Below, in pieces: positions 9,670 to 19,448 of a stretch of DNA of 54,974 nucleotides. The notes under the pieces were generated by a model, which made no database searches, was not told the origin of the DNA, and saw nothing but the letters and a program-made list of their open reading frames with translations. The position numbers and the translations under genes are program-made. The stretch is from Candidatus Magasanikiibacteriota bacterium (lineage in GTDB: Bacteria; Patescibacteriota; Patescibacteriia; Magasanikbacterales; 2-02-FULL-50-9b): positions 1-54,974 of the forward strand of contig CAITMK010000009.1 in assembly GCA_903893485.1 (NCBI GenBank). The letters run 5' to 3'. Position 1 is the stretch's first letter; each line of letters starts with the position of its first letter.

Positions 9670-9699
9670 TTGCCGCCTTGGCCGCGTCTGTTCTATAAT
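9670..9699 (+). promoter_or_regulatory. Promoter of the cytochrome b5/DoxX pair
   Basis: TTGCCG-18 nt-TATAAT, with only 10 nt between the -10 box and ATG 9710. Confidence 0.4.
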
Positions 9700-9709
9700 T
9701 ACATAACAT

Positions 9710-10078
9710 ATGAAACAAAACAAAATCATTGGAATCGTTCTCGGAATCGTTATCATCATCGGCGCTATGGCTGCATCACAGTCACGTCCACGCAGCACAG
9801 GAACGCCAAGCGCGCCTGCAGCGCCAACGGGCGGATCACCAACAACCGCGTACACCATGCAAGATGTTGCGAACCACAAAGATGGCGCAAGCTGCTGGAC
9901 CACCATTAACGGCGACGTTTACGATTTGACCGCATGGATCGCAAAACATCCTGGCGGCGAAGGTGCAATTTTAAGCATTTGTGGCGGCGATGGTTCAGTT
10001 GCATTTAACGATCAACACGGTAGCAATGGCAGCCCAGCGCGTATCCTAGCATCCTATAAGATTGGTGTCCTTAAATAA
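9710..10078 (+). CDS. Membrane-anchored cytochrome b5-like heme-binding domain protein
   Basis: N-terminal TM segment (IIGIVLGIVIIIGAMAA), followed by ..VANHKDGASCWTTINGDVYDLTAWIAKHPGGEGAI..GGDGSVAFNDQHG. This includes the HPGG signature and a second His ligand. Confidence 0.8.
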   Translation: MKQNKIIGIVLGIVIIIGAMAASQSRPRSTGTPSAPAAPTGGSPTTAYTMQDVANHKDGASCWTTINGDVYDLTAWIAKHPGGEGAILSICGGDGSVAFNDQHGSNGSPARILASYKIGVLK

Positions 10079-10084
10079 ACAATT

Positions 10085-10474
10085 ATGAAATTAGAACTTG
10101 AACAAAAATTAAAATCACTTGCACCAACCGTTTTACGCCTTGGTTTGGCCGCAGTAATGGTGTGGTTCGGTGCATCACAATTCAATAATCCAAATGCGTG
10201 GACGAGTTTAGTTCCAAGCTGGGCAACGGATTTGAGCGGCATGAGCGCACTCACCATTGTGCATTTAAATGCAGTCTTCGAATTGATCGCTGGCGCATTG
10301 GTTGCTGTTGGTTTTGGTACACGCTGGCTCGCACTTTTGCTTTCGGCGCATTTATTTGTTATTACGTTAGACCTTGGTGCAAGCGCCGTTGGTGTTCGCG
10401 ATTTTGGTTTGTCACTCGGCCTTTTCGCAGTTGCGTTATACGGTACCGATGATTACTGCATCGAGAAAAAATAA
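10085..10474 (+). CDS. DoxX-family membrane protein
   Basis: 129 aa with four TM helices. The LRLGLAAVMVWFGASQF start is typical of DoxX. Confidence 0.65.
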   Translation: MKLELEQKLKSLAPTVLRLGLAAVMVWFGASQFNNPNAWTSLVPSWATDLSGMSALTIVHLNAVFELIAGALVAVGFGTRWLALLLSAHLFVITLDLGASAVGVRDFGLSLGLFAVALYGTDDYCIEKK

Positions 10475-10510
10475 GTCAGCAATTCATTCTCTTCAGCAAA
10501 ATAAAGAGTC

Positions 10511-10550
10511 AAAAAAACCGCGACTTTTCTGTGAAAGCGCGGTTTTTTGA
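10511..10550. terminator. Bidirectional rho-independent terminator
   Basis: A7-ACCGCG(a)CTTT-loop-AAAGCGCGGT-T6, between convergent doxX and the small minus-strand gene. Confidence 0.6.
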
Positions 10551-10558
10551 TTTCCTTC

Positions 10559-10711
10559 TTATTTCAAAGGATTTTCACCACGAATTACACGGACTAAAAC
10601 CATAATAATGGCAAGAACAAGCAAAATGTGAATAAAACCACCGAGCACGTGAAAGCCTATAAACCCAACAAGCCAAAGTAGAAGCAGAATAACAGCAATG
10701 GTAAGTAACAT
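10559..10711 (-). CDS. Small two-helix membrane protein (lmo0937-like family)
   Basis: Hand-translated 50 aa: MLLTIAVILLLLWLVGFIGFHVLGGFIHILLVLAIIMVLVRVIRGENPLK. ATG is at 10711 and TAA at 10559-10561. Below the ORF-track size cutoff. Confidence 0.55.
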   Translation of the reverse strand: MLLTIAVILLLLWLVGFIGFHVLGGFIHILLVLAIIMVLVRVIRGENPLK

Positions 10712-10784
10712 AATTGTAATTTGAAACAAATTAAGCGGCCTTTACGTAAGCATACTCCTTGTGCACAAATACGCAAGCCAAAAT

Positions 10785-11918
10785 TCAACGCACGGTTTTA
10801 TAACCGCCAGGAACGCCGCTTGGCGACAAAACAATTTGCCAAAGCTGATTATAGCGCGTTCTAAAAGAAGCTGCGCAAACAAGTAAATAATATGTCCACA
10901 TACGATGGAATCGTTCGTCGTATTTTTTATTTCCTGCAAGTTCTGGCCAGTGCGCTTCTACATTTTGATGCCAATGCATTAGTGTCGTATCATAATCCGC
11001 GGAAAAATTATGCAAATCCTCCATGACAAATAAATTTTCAATTGCACCTCCAATTTGTTTTACCGATGGCAACATGGAATTTGGAAATATGTATTTTGCG
11101 ATCCAAGGATCCGTACTCACACCCGAAGTATTACTACCGATCGTATGAAGTAAAAATAATCCATCCTCTTTCAAACAGCGCGCGGCGACTTTAAAATATT
11201 CATGATAATTTTTATACCCGACATGTTCAAACATGCCGACCGACACAATGTGATCAAATTTTTCGTTGAGACTGCGATAATCTTGCAAACGGATTTCAAC
11301 GGGCAGCCCTTTACATTTTTCCATACCGAGCGCAACTTGCTCTTTTGCGATCGTCACGCCAACTACATGCGCACCATATTTTTCCGCGGCGAATTTTGCA
11401 AAACTACCCCAGCCACAACCAATATCAAGCACCCGCTGGCCACGCCGCAAACCAATTTTGCGACAAATTAAATCAAGTTTTGCTTCTTGCGCTTCGTCCA
11501 ATGTTTTTGGCGCGGACGGTGCGCTCCAATAACCGCACGTATACGTCATTAATTTGTCGAGCATTGCTTCATACAAATCATTACCAATATCGTAGTGCGC
11601 TTCACCAACTTTAAATGAGCGCTTTGGCGTTTGCATGTTTGCAATTCGCGCATGCAGTGCGTCCACCACCAGGCCCAGCGTTGGATGTAATTTTTGTTTT
11701 ACTCCGGCACCCAAAATAAGCGTCATGGTATCTGCGAGCGCATCCGAAGACCACCAACCATCCATGTATGCCTCACCAAATCCAAGCGAGCCTTCGGACA
11801 AAACCCGCGCATACAAATTTTCATTGTGCACCTGAATATCGTGTGGTTCAGAACCGTTTAAAATAATGCCGGTTCCACTTAGGAGCTGTTCAACACGAGC
11901 CTTAAATTTGTCCGCCAT
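10785..11918 (-). CDS. cfa: Cyclopropane-fatty-acyl-phospholipid synthase (SAM-dependent methyltransferase)
   Basis: 377 aa with ..YDIGNDLYE..MTYTC.Y.., SAM motif VLDIGCGWGSFAKFAAEKYG, and ..FDHIVSVGMFEHVG.. Confidence 0.85.
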   Translation of the reverse strand: MADKFKARVEQLLSGTGIILNGSEPHDIQVHNENLYARVLSEGSLGFGEAYMDGWWSSDALADTMTLILGAGVKQKLHPTLGLVVDALHARIANMQTPKRSFKVGEAHYDIGNDLYEAMLDKLMTYTCGYWSAPSAPKTLDEAQEAKLDLICRKIGLRRGQRVLDIGCGWGSFAKFAAEKYGAHVVGVTIAKEQVALGMEKCKGLPVEIRLQDYRSLNEKFDHIVSVGMFEHVGYKNYHEYFKVAARCLKEDGLFLLHTIGSNTSGVSTDPWIAKYIFPNSMLPSVKQIGGAIENLFVMEDLHNFSADYDTTLMHWHQNVEAHWPELAGNKKYDERFHRMWTYYLLVCAASFRTRYNQLWQIVLSPSGVPGGYKTVR

Positions 11919-11924
11919 ACTAAA

Positions 11925-12464
11925 TTAGTCAGTAACCTGAAACACCGCGGCGCCCGCACCATCAATATTGTTTGGAAGTCCTGGGATCGCGCCAACGGAA
12001 TCAGAATTTTTAACAAATGCGTAAATGGTAATCCATTTTCCCGTCATTGAATCATCAATAGGAAATGTATAAATTGCATTATCGCTCCAATTAACTGCAT
12101 GTACTGCCGCATTTTGTACCATGGCATCGGATTCCGAAAATGTACGTGGCGCATCAGCATTGCTACCAACAAGAGGTACAAAAGAAAATTGTAGTGGGCC
12201 AGTTGCGTCTGCGTTTGTTACCACCTGTACTGTTATAGAATGTGCGGTACGTCCGATAATTGCCATATTAATTGGCTGCGGCTTGCCACCAAACGATTGC
12301 AAAAATGGGCCACTTTGCATTGCCAAAATATGAGGTGACACAACTGGTGGACCAGCCATAACCGCAGAAAATGTGGTGATAACTCCAGACAAACCAACCG
12401 CACCAGCAACTAATAAAAACATGCCGCTGCTGGTATAAAAATGTTTATGCATTTTTCGCATCAT
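11925..12464 (-). CDS. Hypothetical secreted/membrane-anchored protein
   Basis: The ORF 11925..12482 opens with GTG. The first ATG is at 12464 (MMRKMHKHFYTSSGMFLLVAGAVGLSG..). It has a signal-anchor followed by a beta-rich domain. No family recognised. Confidence 0.45.
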   Translation of the reverse strand: MMRKMHKHFYTSSGMFLLVAGAVGLSGVITTFSAVMAGPPVVSPHILAMQSGPFLQSFGGKPQPINMAIIGRTAHSITVQVVTNADATGPLQFSFVPLVGSNADAPRTFSESDAMVQNAAVHAVNWSDNAIYTFPIDDSMTGKWITIYAFVKNSDSVGAIPGLPNNIDGAGAAVFQVTD

Positions 12465-12478
12465 ATGAGTAAAGTATA

Positions 12479-13864
12479 TCACGAAACACGAACTTCTTGC
12501 AGAGAAATCATACCATCACGTTTTTCTGCCTCAACAAAAATTAGTCGCGCACCTTTTTTTAACATCGCACATTCTTTGACGCAGGCGATAATTTTTTTGT
12601 TATTGGTGCCAGAAACCTTACACGGAACTACCCCGTAACGAATGTTTAAGATTCCCGCTTCACGATCATCTTTAACTTGTACAAAAATTGTGGTTGCTGG
12701 ACGAAATTGCACAATCGCCGGAATAATATGCAGCGCTGAATGTGGCACCACGATGCCCGCAATGTGCGTTAACTCAGATGCGGTTAATGCGAGCTCTCCA
12801 ATCATTTGATTTTCTAAACCTAAATGATGATGGCATGCGGCGGTATCTTCGTGTGGCGCATATTTTTCAATGGTATCAATAATGCGGGCCATAGTCTGCA
12901 CTGCCTCAACGGGATATTTACCGCTCGCGGATTCACCAGACAACATGACGCCATCAGTTAAATCCATAACCGCGTTTGCAACGTCCGAAACTTCGGCGCG
13001 TGTTGGACGTGGATTACGAATCATGGAATCCAACATTTGTGTTGCAATAATTACCGGCTTTTGTGATCGAATACACATTTTAATCAGGCGTTTTTGGATG
13101 AGTGGCACACGTTCTGGTGGCATTTCAATACCTAAATCACCGCGCGCCACCATAATACCATCGGCAGCATGCACGATCGCTTCCAAATGATCAATCGCTT
13201 CGGCCATTTCTATTTTTGCAATAATTTGTGGCACGTGTTTTGGCTTGTGCTTTGCAATTAATTTGCGGAGTTGTTCAATATCAAGCGGATCACGCACAAA
13301 AGAAAGTGCAACCCAATCCACGCCATGCGCCAAACCAAAAACCAAATCTTTTTTATCTTTTTCGGTAATCGCAGGAATCGCAAGACGCGTGCCCGGAACA
13401 TTGATTCCCTTGTGCGACAAAAGTATACCGCCAACCACCACACGTGATTCAATTTCAGTATTTGTTTTCGACAAAACTTCAACTTCAAGCAAGCCGTCGT
13501 CCATTAAAATATGGCTGCCCGGGCGAACATCTTTTGGCAATCCTTCGTATTGAAACGGAATTGCACCTGCGCGCTTTGGATTATTTGAAAACCACACGCG
13601 CTCACCTTCCTTGAGCATAAGCCCTTGCGGTGACAGCGCGCCAACACGAATTTTTGGACCGGATAAGTCCTGCAAAATAGTCACTGTTTTGCCAGTGCGA
13701 CGCGCGACGGTACGAATCGTTTTAATAAACGCTGCGTGTTCGGGATACGTACCATGCGAAAAATTTAAGCGCGCAACCGAAAGTCCGGCTTCAACCATTT
13801 CTGAAATTTTTTGCGCAGTCGCCGAGGCAGGACCAATTGTAGCAATAATGCGGGTTCGTTTCAT
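12479..13864 (-). CDS. pyk: Pyruvate kinase
   Basis: [22 protein letters not shown]..; ..[10 protein letters not shown]..; ..ATQML.SM... The track ORF begins at TTG 13879. ATG 13864 matches the canonical N-terminus. Confidence 0.93.
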   Translation of the reverse strand: MKRTRIIATIGPASATAQKISEMVEAGLSVARLNFSHGTYPEHAAFIKTIRTVARRTGKTVTILQDLSGPKIRVGALSPQGLMLKEGERVWFSNNPKRAGAIPFQYEGLPKDVRPGSHILMDDGLLEVEVLSKTNTEIESRVVVGGILLSHKGINVPGTRLAIPAITEKDKKDLVFGLAHGVDWVALSFVRDPLDIEQLRKLIAKHKPKHVPQIIAKIEMAEAIDHLEAIVHAADGIMVARGDLGIEMPPERVPLIQKRLIKMCIRSQKPVIIATQMLDSMIRNPRPTRAEVSDVANAVMDLTDGVMLSGESASGKYPVEAVQTMARIIDTIEKYAPHEDTAACHHHLGLENQMIGELALTASELTHIAGIVVPHSALHIIPAIVQFRPATTIFVQVKDDREAGILNIRYGVVPCKVSGTNNKKIIACVKECAMLKKGARLIFVEAEKRDGMISLQEVRVS

Positions 13865-13889
13865 AAAGAGCAAAGACAAGGTGCGGAAT

Positions 13890-15008
13890 TTATGGTGTTG
13901 CTGGAAATTCCGTAAGTTTTAGAGATACTTTTTTGGTATTTGTACCATCAAGAATTGTTAACTCTATTGTATCACCTACAGCATATTTTGCAATTTCATC
14001 AGCAAGTCCATGCGTATCATCGATCGTCACATTATTTACCGCCAGCACAATTTCATTTTCCTTCAATCCAGCTGTTTCTGCCGGACTGCCTGGGGCAATC
14101 GCAGGCTGATTTTTTGTGTCAGAAAAAATAAGCGCGCCCGTTTTTTGCGTTAATTTTTTTTCTGTTGCCAATTGCTCATCAATAATTTCATACCGCACTC
14201 CAAGCCATGGATGCGAAATTTTACCCGTTGCGATAACGCCATCAATTAATTTGCGCACACTATTAATTGGAATTGCAAAGCCGATGAGTTGACCTTCACG
14301 GCTCACCGCAGTGGTAACACCAACGACTTGCCCTGAAAGCGTAACCAACGGACCACCAGAATTTCCTGGATTAATTGCCGCGTCTGTTTGAATTGCGGAT
14401 TGTAAAACTTCACCACCCGCACCAAAATTATCACCCGCAGTAACTTGACGCCCGAGACCCGAAACAATACCCATGGTTACGGTATTTTGAAATTCTGCAA
14501 GCGAATTACCAATTGCCAAAACAGATTGCCCAACAAAAAGTGAATCTGAATTTCCTAATTTTACAACGGGCAAATTTAGCGCATCAATTTTTAATACGCC
14601 TAAATCCAAGATAGGATCAGTGCTAATTATTTTTGCATCAAATTCGCGGCCATCACGAAGCGTAATTTTATAACGCATGTCTGGCGAGTCGATTACGTGG
14701 CGATTCGTAATAATTAATCCGTCAGCGCGCACAATAAAACCGCTACCACCACCAACAGTTTCAGGACCGGTTGCGTGAGCCGTATCCTTAAAATTTTGCA
14801 ACACCGAAACAGAAACAACCGCAGGCGAAACCTGTTCAATTGCTGCATGCACCGCAGTATCAGCACTAAACGTCCCCGCGGAACGCTCTTTTTGAAACGC
14901 CGTAGCGATTAAAGAAAACGTGAGTAGACTCGAAAAAAAACCTGAAATCAAAACCGAAATTAAAATAACTGGCGCATAGGCAATGCGATGGTGTCGAGGG
15001 TGCAACAT
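13890..15008 (-). CDS. htrA: HtrA/DegP-family serine protease with PDZ domain
   Basis: N-terminal TM segment, catalytic motifs ..TNRHV.., ..D.G.LKI.. and GNSGGPLV, and a C-terminal PDZ-like region. Confidence 0.85.
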   Translation of the reverse strand: MLHPRHHRIAYAPVILISVLISGFFSSLLTFSLIATAFQKERSAGTFSADTAVHAAIEQVSPAVVSVSVLQNFKDTAHATGPETVGGGSGFIVRADGLIITNRHVIDSPDMRYKITLRDGREFDAKIISTDPILDLGVLKIDALNLPVVKLGNSDSLFVGQSVLAIGNSLAEFQNTVTMGIVSGLGRQVTAGDNFGAGGEVLQSAIQTDAAINPGNSGGPLVTLSGQVVGVTTAVSREGQLIGFAIPINSVRKLIDGVIATGKISHPWLGVRYEIIDEQLATEKKLTQKTGALIFSDTKNQPAIAPGSPAETAGLKENEIVLAVNNVTIDDTHGLADEIAKYAVGDTIELTILDGTNTKKVSLKLTEFPATP

Positions 15009-15009
15009 A

Positions 15010-15258
15010 TTAACGTGCCGAAGACGGATTACTTATTTTTTGTAAAAAAAACGCGGCTTGTTGCATTTGAGTAACAAAAGATTGTACCTGTGGAATATGA
15101 TCGCGCACAAAAGCTGGCACATAAATAAATGCAAGTGCAACTGGCACCGCAATAATTACAAATCGCGCAATCGTGATTCCCAAATCCCAACGCATATGAC
15201 TTTCAATACGATCCATGCGTTTGTTAAGTTTCTGTAGTTGTTCAAGAACTGGGTCCAT
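15010..15258 (-). CDS. Small hypothetical membrane protein
   Basis: 82-aa ORF with one TM segment (ITIARFVIIAVPVALAFIYVPAF), tightly packed between nrdR and htrA. Confidence 0.4.
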   Translation of the reverse strand: MDPVLEQLQKLNKRMDRIESHMRWDLGITIARFVIIAVPVALAFIYVPAFVRDHIPQVQSFVTQMQQAAFFLQKISNPSSAR

Positions 15259-15261
15259 AGA

Positions 15262-15723
15262 TTATTTTTTCTTGGGCAATTTAAGACGCGCAACTTCGGC
15301 GGTAAAAGTTTCGACATCTTCAAATGATTTGTAAATGGATGCGAAACGGATGTACCCAACTTTATCAAAAGATTTTAAGTGGTACATAGCGATTTCACCA
15401 ATTTCTGCACTGGTTAATTCGCGCTTGCGACGTTTTTGAATGTCGCGTTCGATACGTGAAATAAGCGTGCGGAAATTTTCGTTCGTGTATGGACGTTTAC
15501 GCAGCGAATGCCGGATACCCTGCTCCAGCTTATTACGATCGTACGCTTCGCGGCGGCCATCACGCTTGACTACCATTATATCTAATAATTCCATTTCTTC
15601 AATGGTGGTGAAACGTTCGCCGCATTTTTCGCACTCACGGCGACGGCGAACACTAAGACCATCCGCTGCAACACGCGAATCAACCACTTTTGTTTCTTCG
15701 TGTTTGCACACCAAGCACTGCAT
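15262..15723 (-). CDS. nrdR: Transcriptional repressor NrdR
   Basis: MQCLVCKHEETKVVDSR...RRRRECEKCGERFTTIE zinc ribbon followed by an ATP-cone. Confidence 0.9.
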   Translation of the reverse strand: MQCLVCKHEETKVVDSRVAADGLSVRRRRECEKCGERFTTIEEMELLDIMVVKRDGRREAYDRNKLEQGIRHSLRKRPYTNENFRTLISRIERDIQKRRKRELTSAEIGEIAMYHLKSFDKVGYIRFASIYKSFEDVETFTAEVARLKLPKKK

Positions 15724-15729
15724 ACCAAA

Positions 15730-17028
15730 TTAGTGGTTCATTTTCTTGCGAATGAAGGCAGGGATATCAACTTCATCTGGTTCGTCGGCATCCATATCAT
15801 CGGTACCAGATTGTAATGGTTTTTGTTTAAAACTTTGTTGTGGCGAATCGTCGCTTTGGAGTGACGGACGAATCGGTTGTGGCTGTACGCGCGTTGGCTG
15901 ATCATCACGATGTGACGATTGCTGCTGTGCTGGCGCGCTGTAGTTGTTGTGCTGCGCATACTGCTGTGGCGCTGGCTGCTGTTGTGGACGTACAATCGGG
16001 CGCGAGATTGGACGGAAGGGCTGCTCTGCAACTTCTCGCTCGCGTTCACGTTCACGATCTTTTTCACGGCCACTGCGATTATCGAAACCGGTTGCAACAA
16101 CCGTAATTTTGACATCGTCACCAAGCGTATCGTCGGTAACCAAACCCCAAATAACCGTTGCATTTTCGTCGGCACTGCCAGTAACCACTTTTGCAGCTTC
16201 TTGGACTTCTTGCATGCCCAAGTTTGAAGGACCTGAAACAATAAACAAAATTCCACGAGCACCATCGATTGAAATTTCGAGAAGTGGTGATGAAATTGCA
16301 GCCTTTGCTGCGTCGATTGCACGATTGTCGCCCGTCGCGCGACCAATACCCATGAGCGCGGTGCCCTGGTTGCTCATAATGCGGCGCACATCGGCAAAAT
16401 CAACGTTAATATTGCCGTGGGTCATGATAAGTTCTGAAATTCCCTGCACAGCCTGACGAAGAACATCGTCGATCACGCGGAAGGCTTCCTGTAAAGTCGT
16501 TTTTTTGTCGATCGTTTGCATGACACGATCGTTTGGAATGGTAATAATAGTGTCAACGCGAGCCGCGAGTTCATCGTGCGCGTGATCAGCTACCACGCGG
16601 CGCTGTGTGCCCTCGAAAGTGAAAGGTTTTGTAACTACCGCAACGGTAAGTGCACCGAGCTCACGCGCGATGTCAGCGACCACAGGAGCGGCGCCAGAAC
16701 CGGTTCCCCCACCCATACCAGCGGTAATAAAAACCATGTTTGCACCTTTTAAAATTTCGCGAATCTCATTTTGAGATTCTTCTGCGGCGCGGCGGCCGGT
16801 ATCAGGATCCATGCCAGAGCCAAGGCCACGTGTGACCGTTTTACCAATATTAATTTTATGAGTTGCCATTGAGTGGTGAAGCGCCTGCACATCGGTATTT
16901 ACCACTACGAATTCAACGCCGCGAATTTTAGCTTCTACCATGCGGTTAACTGCGGATCCACCACCGCCACCAACGCCAACAACTACTATCTTCGCAAAGG
17001 TATCAAGTGCGGGTTTTACTTCAGGCAT
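15730..17028 (-). CDS. ftsZ: Cell division GTPase FtsZ
   Basis: GVGGGGGSAVNRM, TAGMGGGTGSGAAPV, NDR... A long Q/P-rich linker follows. The conserved C-terminal peptide is DIPAFIRKK. Confidence 0.97.
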   Translation of the reverse strand: MPEVKPALDTFAKIVVVGVGGGGGSAVNRMVEAKIRGVEFVVVNTDVQALHHSMATHKINIGKTVTRGLGSGMDPDTGRRAAEESQNEIREILKGANMVFITAGMGGGTGSGAAPVVADIARELGALTVAVVTKPFTFEGTQRRVVADHAHDELAARVDTIITIPNDRVMQTIDKKTTLQEAFRVIDDVLRQAVQGISELIMTHGNINVDFADVRRIMSNQGTALMGIGRATGDNRAIDAAKAAISSPLLEISIDGARGILFIVSGPSNLGMQEVQEAAKVVTGSADENATVIWGLVTDDTLGDDVKITVVATGFDNRSGREKDREREREREVAEQPFRPISRPIVRPQQQPAPQQYAQHNNYSAPAQQQSSHRDDQPTRVQPQPIRPSLQSDDSPQQSFKQKPLQSGTDDMDADEPDEVDIPAFIRKKMNH

Positions 17029-17184
17029 ATCATTGAGTACGATTTGTGTTCAAAAATCTGATTAACAAGGGGGACCAGACCCCAATCTATGCAGTAAGGA
17101 TACAGGAAAAGTTATCCACTAGTCAACTAAATTTCATCAAGAACACTCCGTTTGTCAGCTCAAGATTCGGGCAAAATTTCAAGT

Positions 17185-17526
17185 TTATAAATTCTCCAAA
17201 ATTTGCTGAACGTATTCCACGATCGTCTTTTCTAAAAATTCATCAGGATTTTTGATATACTGTCGTATAAATTGATCAAAACCTTCCAAAGAATTCAAAG
17301 CAACGCTTTCCGAGAGCAAGTTTTGCAATGATTCTTTATCAGCATCATCCTGAATTTGTTTCAAAAAAGCAACGCCAATATATTGTAAAAGCTGCGTCTC
17401 CATGTCGTTTCTCAAATCCTCGACAGGTACATTTACTAATTTTCCGCGCTCCTTTGCAACTAATAATATAGAGTCGACGGCGTGTTGGATTTTATTTTTC
17501 ATACTTTTTTTGCTTTCCCAAGCCAT
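17185..17526 (-). CDS. Hypothetical acidic helical protein (113 aa) between ftsA and ftsZ
   Basis: ATG start. It overlaps the upstream 98-aa ORF by 28 nt. No family recognised. Confidence 0.45.
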   Translation of the reverse strand: MAWESKKSMKNKIQHAVDSILLVAKERGKLVNVPVEDLRNDMETQLLQYIGVAFLKQIQDDADKESLQNLLSESVALNSLEGFDQFIRQYIKNPDEFLEKTIVEYVQQILENL

Positions 17527-17795
17527 TCTTTTAATGGACCCAAAACAGAAATTATTGATGCAAAAACTAGAACAGTGGCAGTAGGATTCTTCTGCATTTC
17601 ATGTGCTATCAGCACACGCCATTGCTCAAAGGTTGAAACCGTATCATAATTTTTGAGTAAAGTAGGATAGGTAAATGCTTCAATTTTTGCAGCGACTGGA
17701 GTCATAGCCGCACCCACCGCACCATAAAATGCCATTTTTCCGAGTGGTATTTCAAATGGGGGGCGCGTTTGTTGAGCTTCTTGTTCGTAATTCAT
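17499..17795 (-). CDS. Hypothetical protein (98 aa, two hydrophobic segments) between ftsA and ftsZ
   Basis: ATG at 17795, 14 nt after the ftsA stop. Hydrophobic stretches are FYGAVGAAMTPVAA and TVLVFASIISVLGPL. No family recognised. Confidence 0.45.
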   Translation of the reverse strand: MNYEQEAQQTRPPFEIPLGKMAFYGAVGAAMTPVAAKIEAFTYPTLLKNYDTVSTFEQWRVLIAHEMQKNPTATVLVFASIISVLGPLKEWLGKAKKV

Positions 17796-17809
17796 ATTAT
17801 TTTAATTAA

Positions 17810-19084
17810 TCATGGAAGCAGGGAGCGAATCCATTCCCTGACTTGTTTTACAGTTCCACTTCCCCCGCCCTTTTTTTCTGAGCGGAAAGAAGAAAATAAA
17901 TTTCCACGTTTTTGTTTGACTTCGTTTTCGGAACCCCAATCAACCAAGCCGATTGCGGTTGCGAAAGCTAAATCATTCACTTTGTCCGAGGCGCTGGTTA
18001 AATCCATTGGATAGCCGTGTGCCGCGGGCAATCGCAATTCTTTTTTTGCCATTTCGATGAATCCATCCAAGCGTGCGCCGCCACCAATAAACAAAATACC
18101 AGCCGGGAGCAACCCAGAACGCTCAACCGTACGCAATTCTTTATCAATTTTATTCAAAATTTCTTCAACGCGCGCTTCGATAATTTCTGCAACGTATTTG
18201 CGATCCACCACTTCCTGATCAGCAGCACCTAATTCAGCCAAGAAAATTTCTTCTTTGCGGCCAACGCTGCGTGGATTTACGGTGCCATATTGCACTTTCA
18301 CACGTTCTGCGACATCGATAGACGTACGCAAACCAATCGCAATATCTGACGTGATATGTTCCGAACCAATGGGCAAAATAGCGGTATGTAGCACGTCGCC
18401 TTCTTCGAAGACCGCAATACTGGTGGTGGATGCGCCGATATTAACCACCGCAACACCCAATTCTTTTTGGCGCGGGGTTGTAATTACGTCGGCGCTGGCC
18501 AGTGCAGATAAAACCAACGAATCAATTTCAACACCCGTGCGATACACCACTTTGCTTAGATTTTTAATTTGCGAAGAAACGCCTTGAATAATTTGCGCAT
18601 CAACCTCCAAGCGCACACCGGTCATGCCGACAGGATCTTTAATGCCGCCCTGGCCATCAACAGTAAATGTTTTTGGGATCACGTGAATAATTTCGTAATT
18701 CACTGGCGTTGCAACTGTGCGCGCCGCTTCAATGGCACGAGCAACATCCTCTTCGGTAATTTCGCCGTCGGATTTTGCAATTGCCACCACGCCCTTGCTT
18801 TGCTGTGACAAAATATGACTACCCGAAATACCAACGACCGCGTGTTCGATTGGTGCACCCGCTAAGCGTTCCGCGCGTTCTAAACAAGCAGAAACCGAAG
18901 ATACCGCATCATCAATGCTGGTAATAATTCCTTTGTGGATTCCCTCGGATGGAACCTCGGCGCACGCCAAAATTTGCAAAATAGATATATTGCCTTGTGC
19001 AACACGTTGGCCAACCGCAATACGAACAGCGGCAGAGCCAATATCAATGCCAGTGATTAATGGAAAATCACGAGAAAATTTCAT
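17810..19084 (-). CDS. ftsA: Cell division protein FtsA
   Basis: Actin-like ATPase: ITGIDIGSAAVR.., ..VVNIGASTTSIAVF.., ..LFIGGGARL... The start MKFSRDF at 19084 is preferred over 19102. Confidence 0.9.
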   Translation of the reverse strand: MKFSRDFPLITGIDIGSAAVRIAVGQRVAQGNISILQILACAEVPSEGIHKGIITSIDDAVSSVSACLERAERLAGAPIEHAVVGISGSHILSQQSKGVVAIAKSDGEITEEDVARAIEAARTVATPVNYEIIHVIPKTFTVDGQGGIKDPVGMTGVRLEVDAQIIQGVSSQIKNLSKVVYRTGVEIDSLVLSALASADVITTPRQKELGVAVVNIGASTTSIAVFEEGDVLHTAILPIGSEHITSDIAIGLRTSIDVAERVKVQYGTVNPRSVGRKEEIFLAELGAADQEVVDRKYVAEIIEARVEEILNKIDKELRTVERSGLLPAGILFIGGGARLDGFIEMAKKELRLPAAHGYPMDLTSASDKVNDLAFATAIGLVDWGSENEVKQKRGNLFSSFRSEKKGGGSGTVKQVREWIRSLLP

Positions 19085-19448
19085 GTGAGTATTGTACCAC
19101 AAAAGTGTTCAGGTACGGAATAAAAATAATACAAGCGATAATTACCGACACAAAACTTACCAAAAGCACCGCAGCTGCTGCCAAATCCTTGATCACGCGC
19201 GCATACGCATGCAAGCGCGGCTTTACCATATCCACAAACCGTTCCACGATACTATTTAAAATTTCAAGCACAAGTACGGCCGCAATACACATGAGTAGCG
19301 CGATTCGCTCTGACACATGCAGCGGCAACACAAACATCGCAACAAAAACTAACAACCCAACAATGCATTGCACACGAAAATTACGCTCCTCGCGCCACAC
19401 GATTCCAAGCCCTGCCATAGCTGCTTTAAAGCTTCCTAAAAAAGTCAT
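19068..19448 (-). CDS. dgkA: Diacylglycerol/undecaprenol kinase (DgkA family)
   Basis: Three TM helices with ..VLVLEILNSIVERFVD... The internal start MTFLGSFKAAMAGL at 19448 forms an ATGA overlap with the ybeY stop. The longer track ORF overlaps ybeY. Confidence 0.8.
   Translation of the reverse strand: MTFLGSFKAAMAGLGIVWREERNFRVQCIVGLLVFVAMFVLPLHVSERIALLMCIAAVLVLEILNSIVERFVDMVKPRLHAYARVIKDLAAAAVLLVSFVSVIIACIIFIPYLNTFVVQYSHEIFS

Noticed and set aside
17029-17184. The ftsZ upstream gap as a riboswitch or ncRNA
   Set aside because: Only a weak promoter-like TTGACT-18-TATCCT and a 4-bp GGGG/CCCC hairpin are present. There is no extended structure or known motif.
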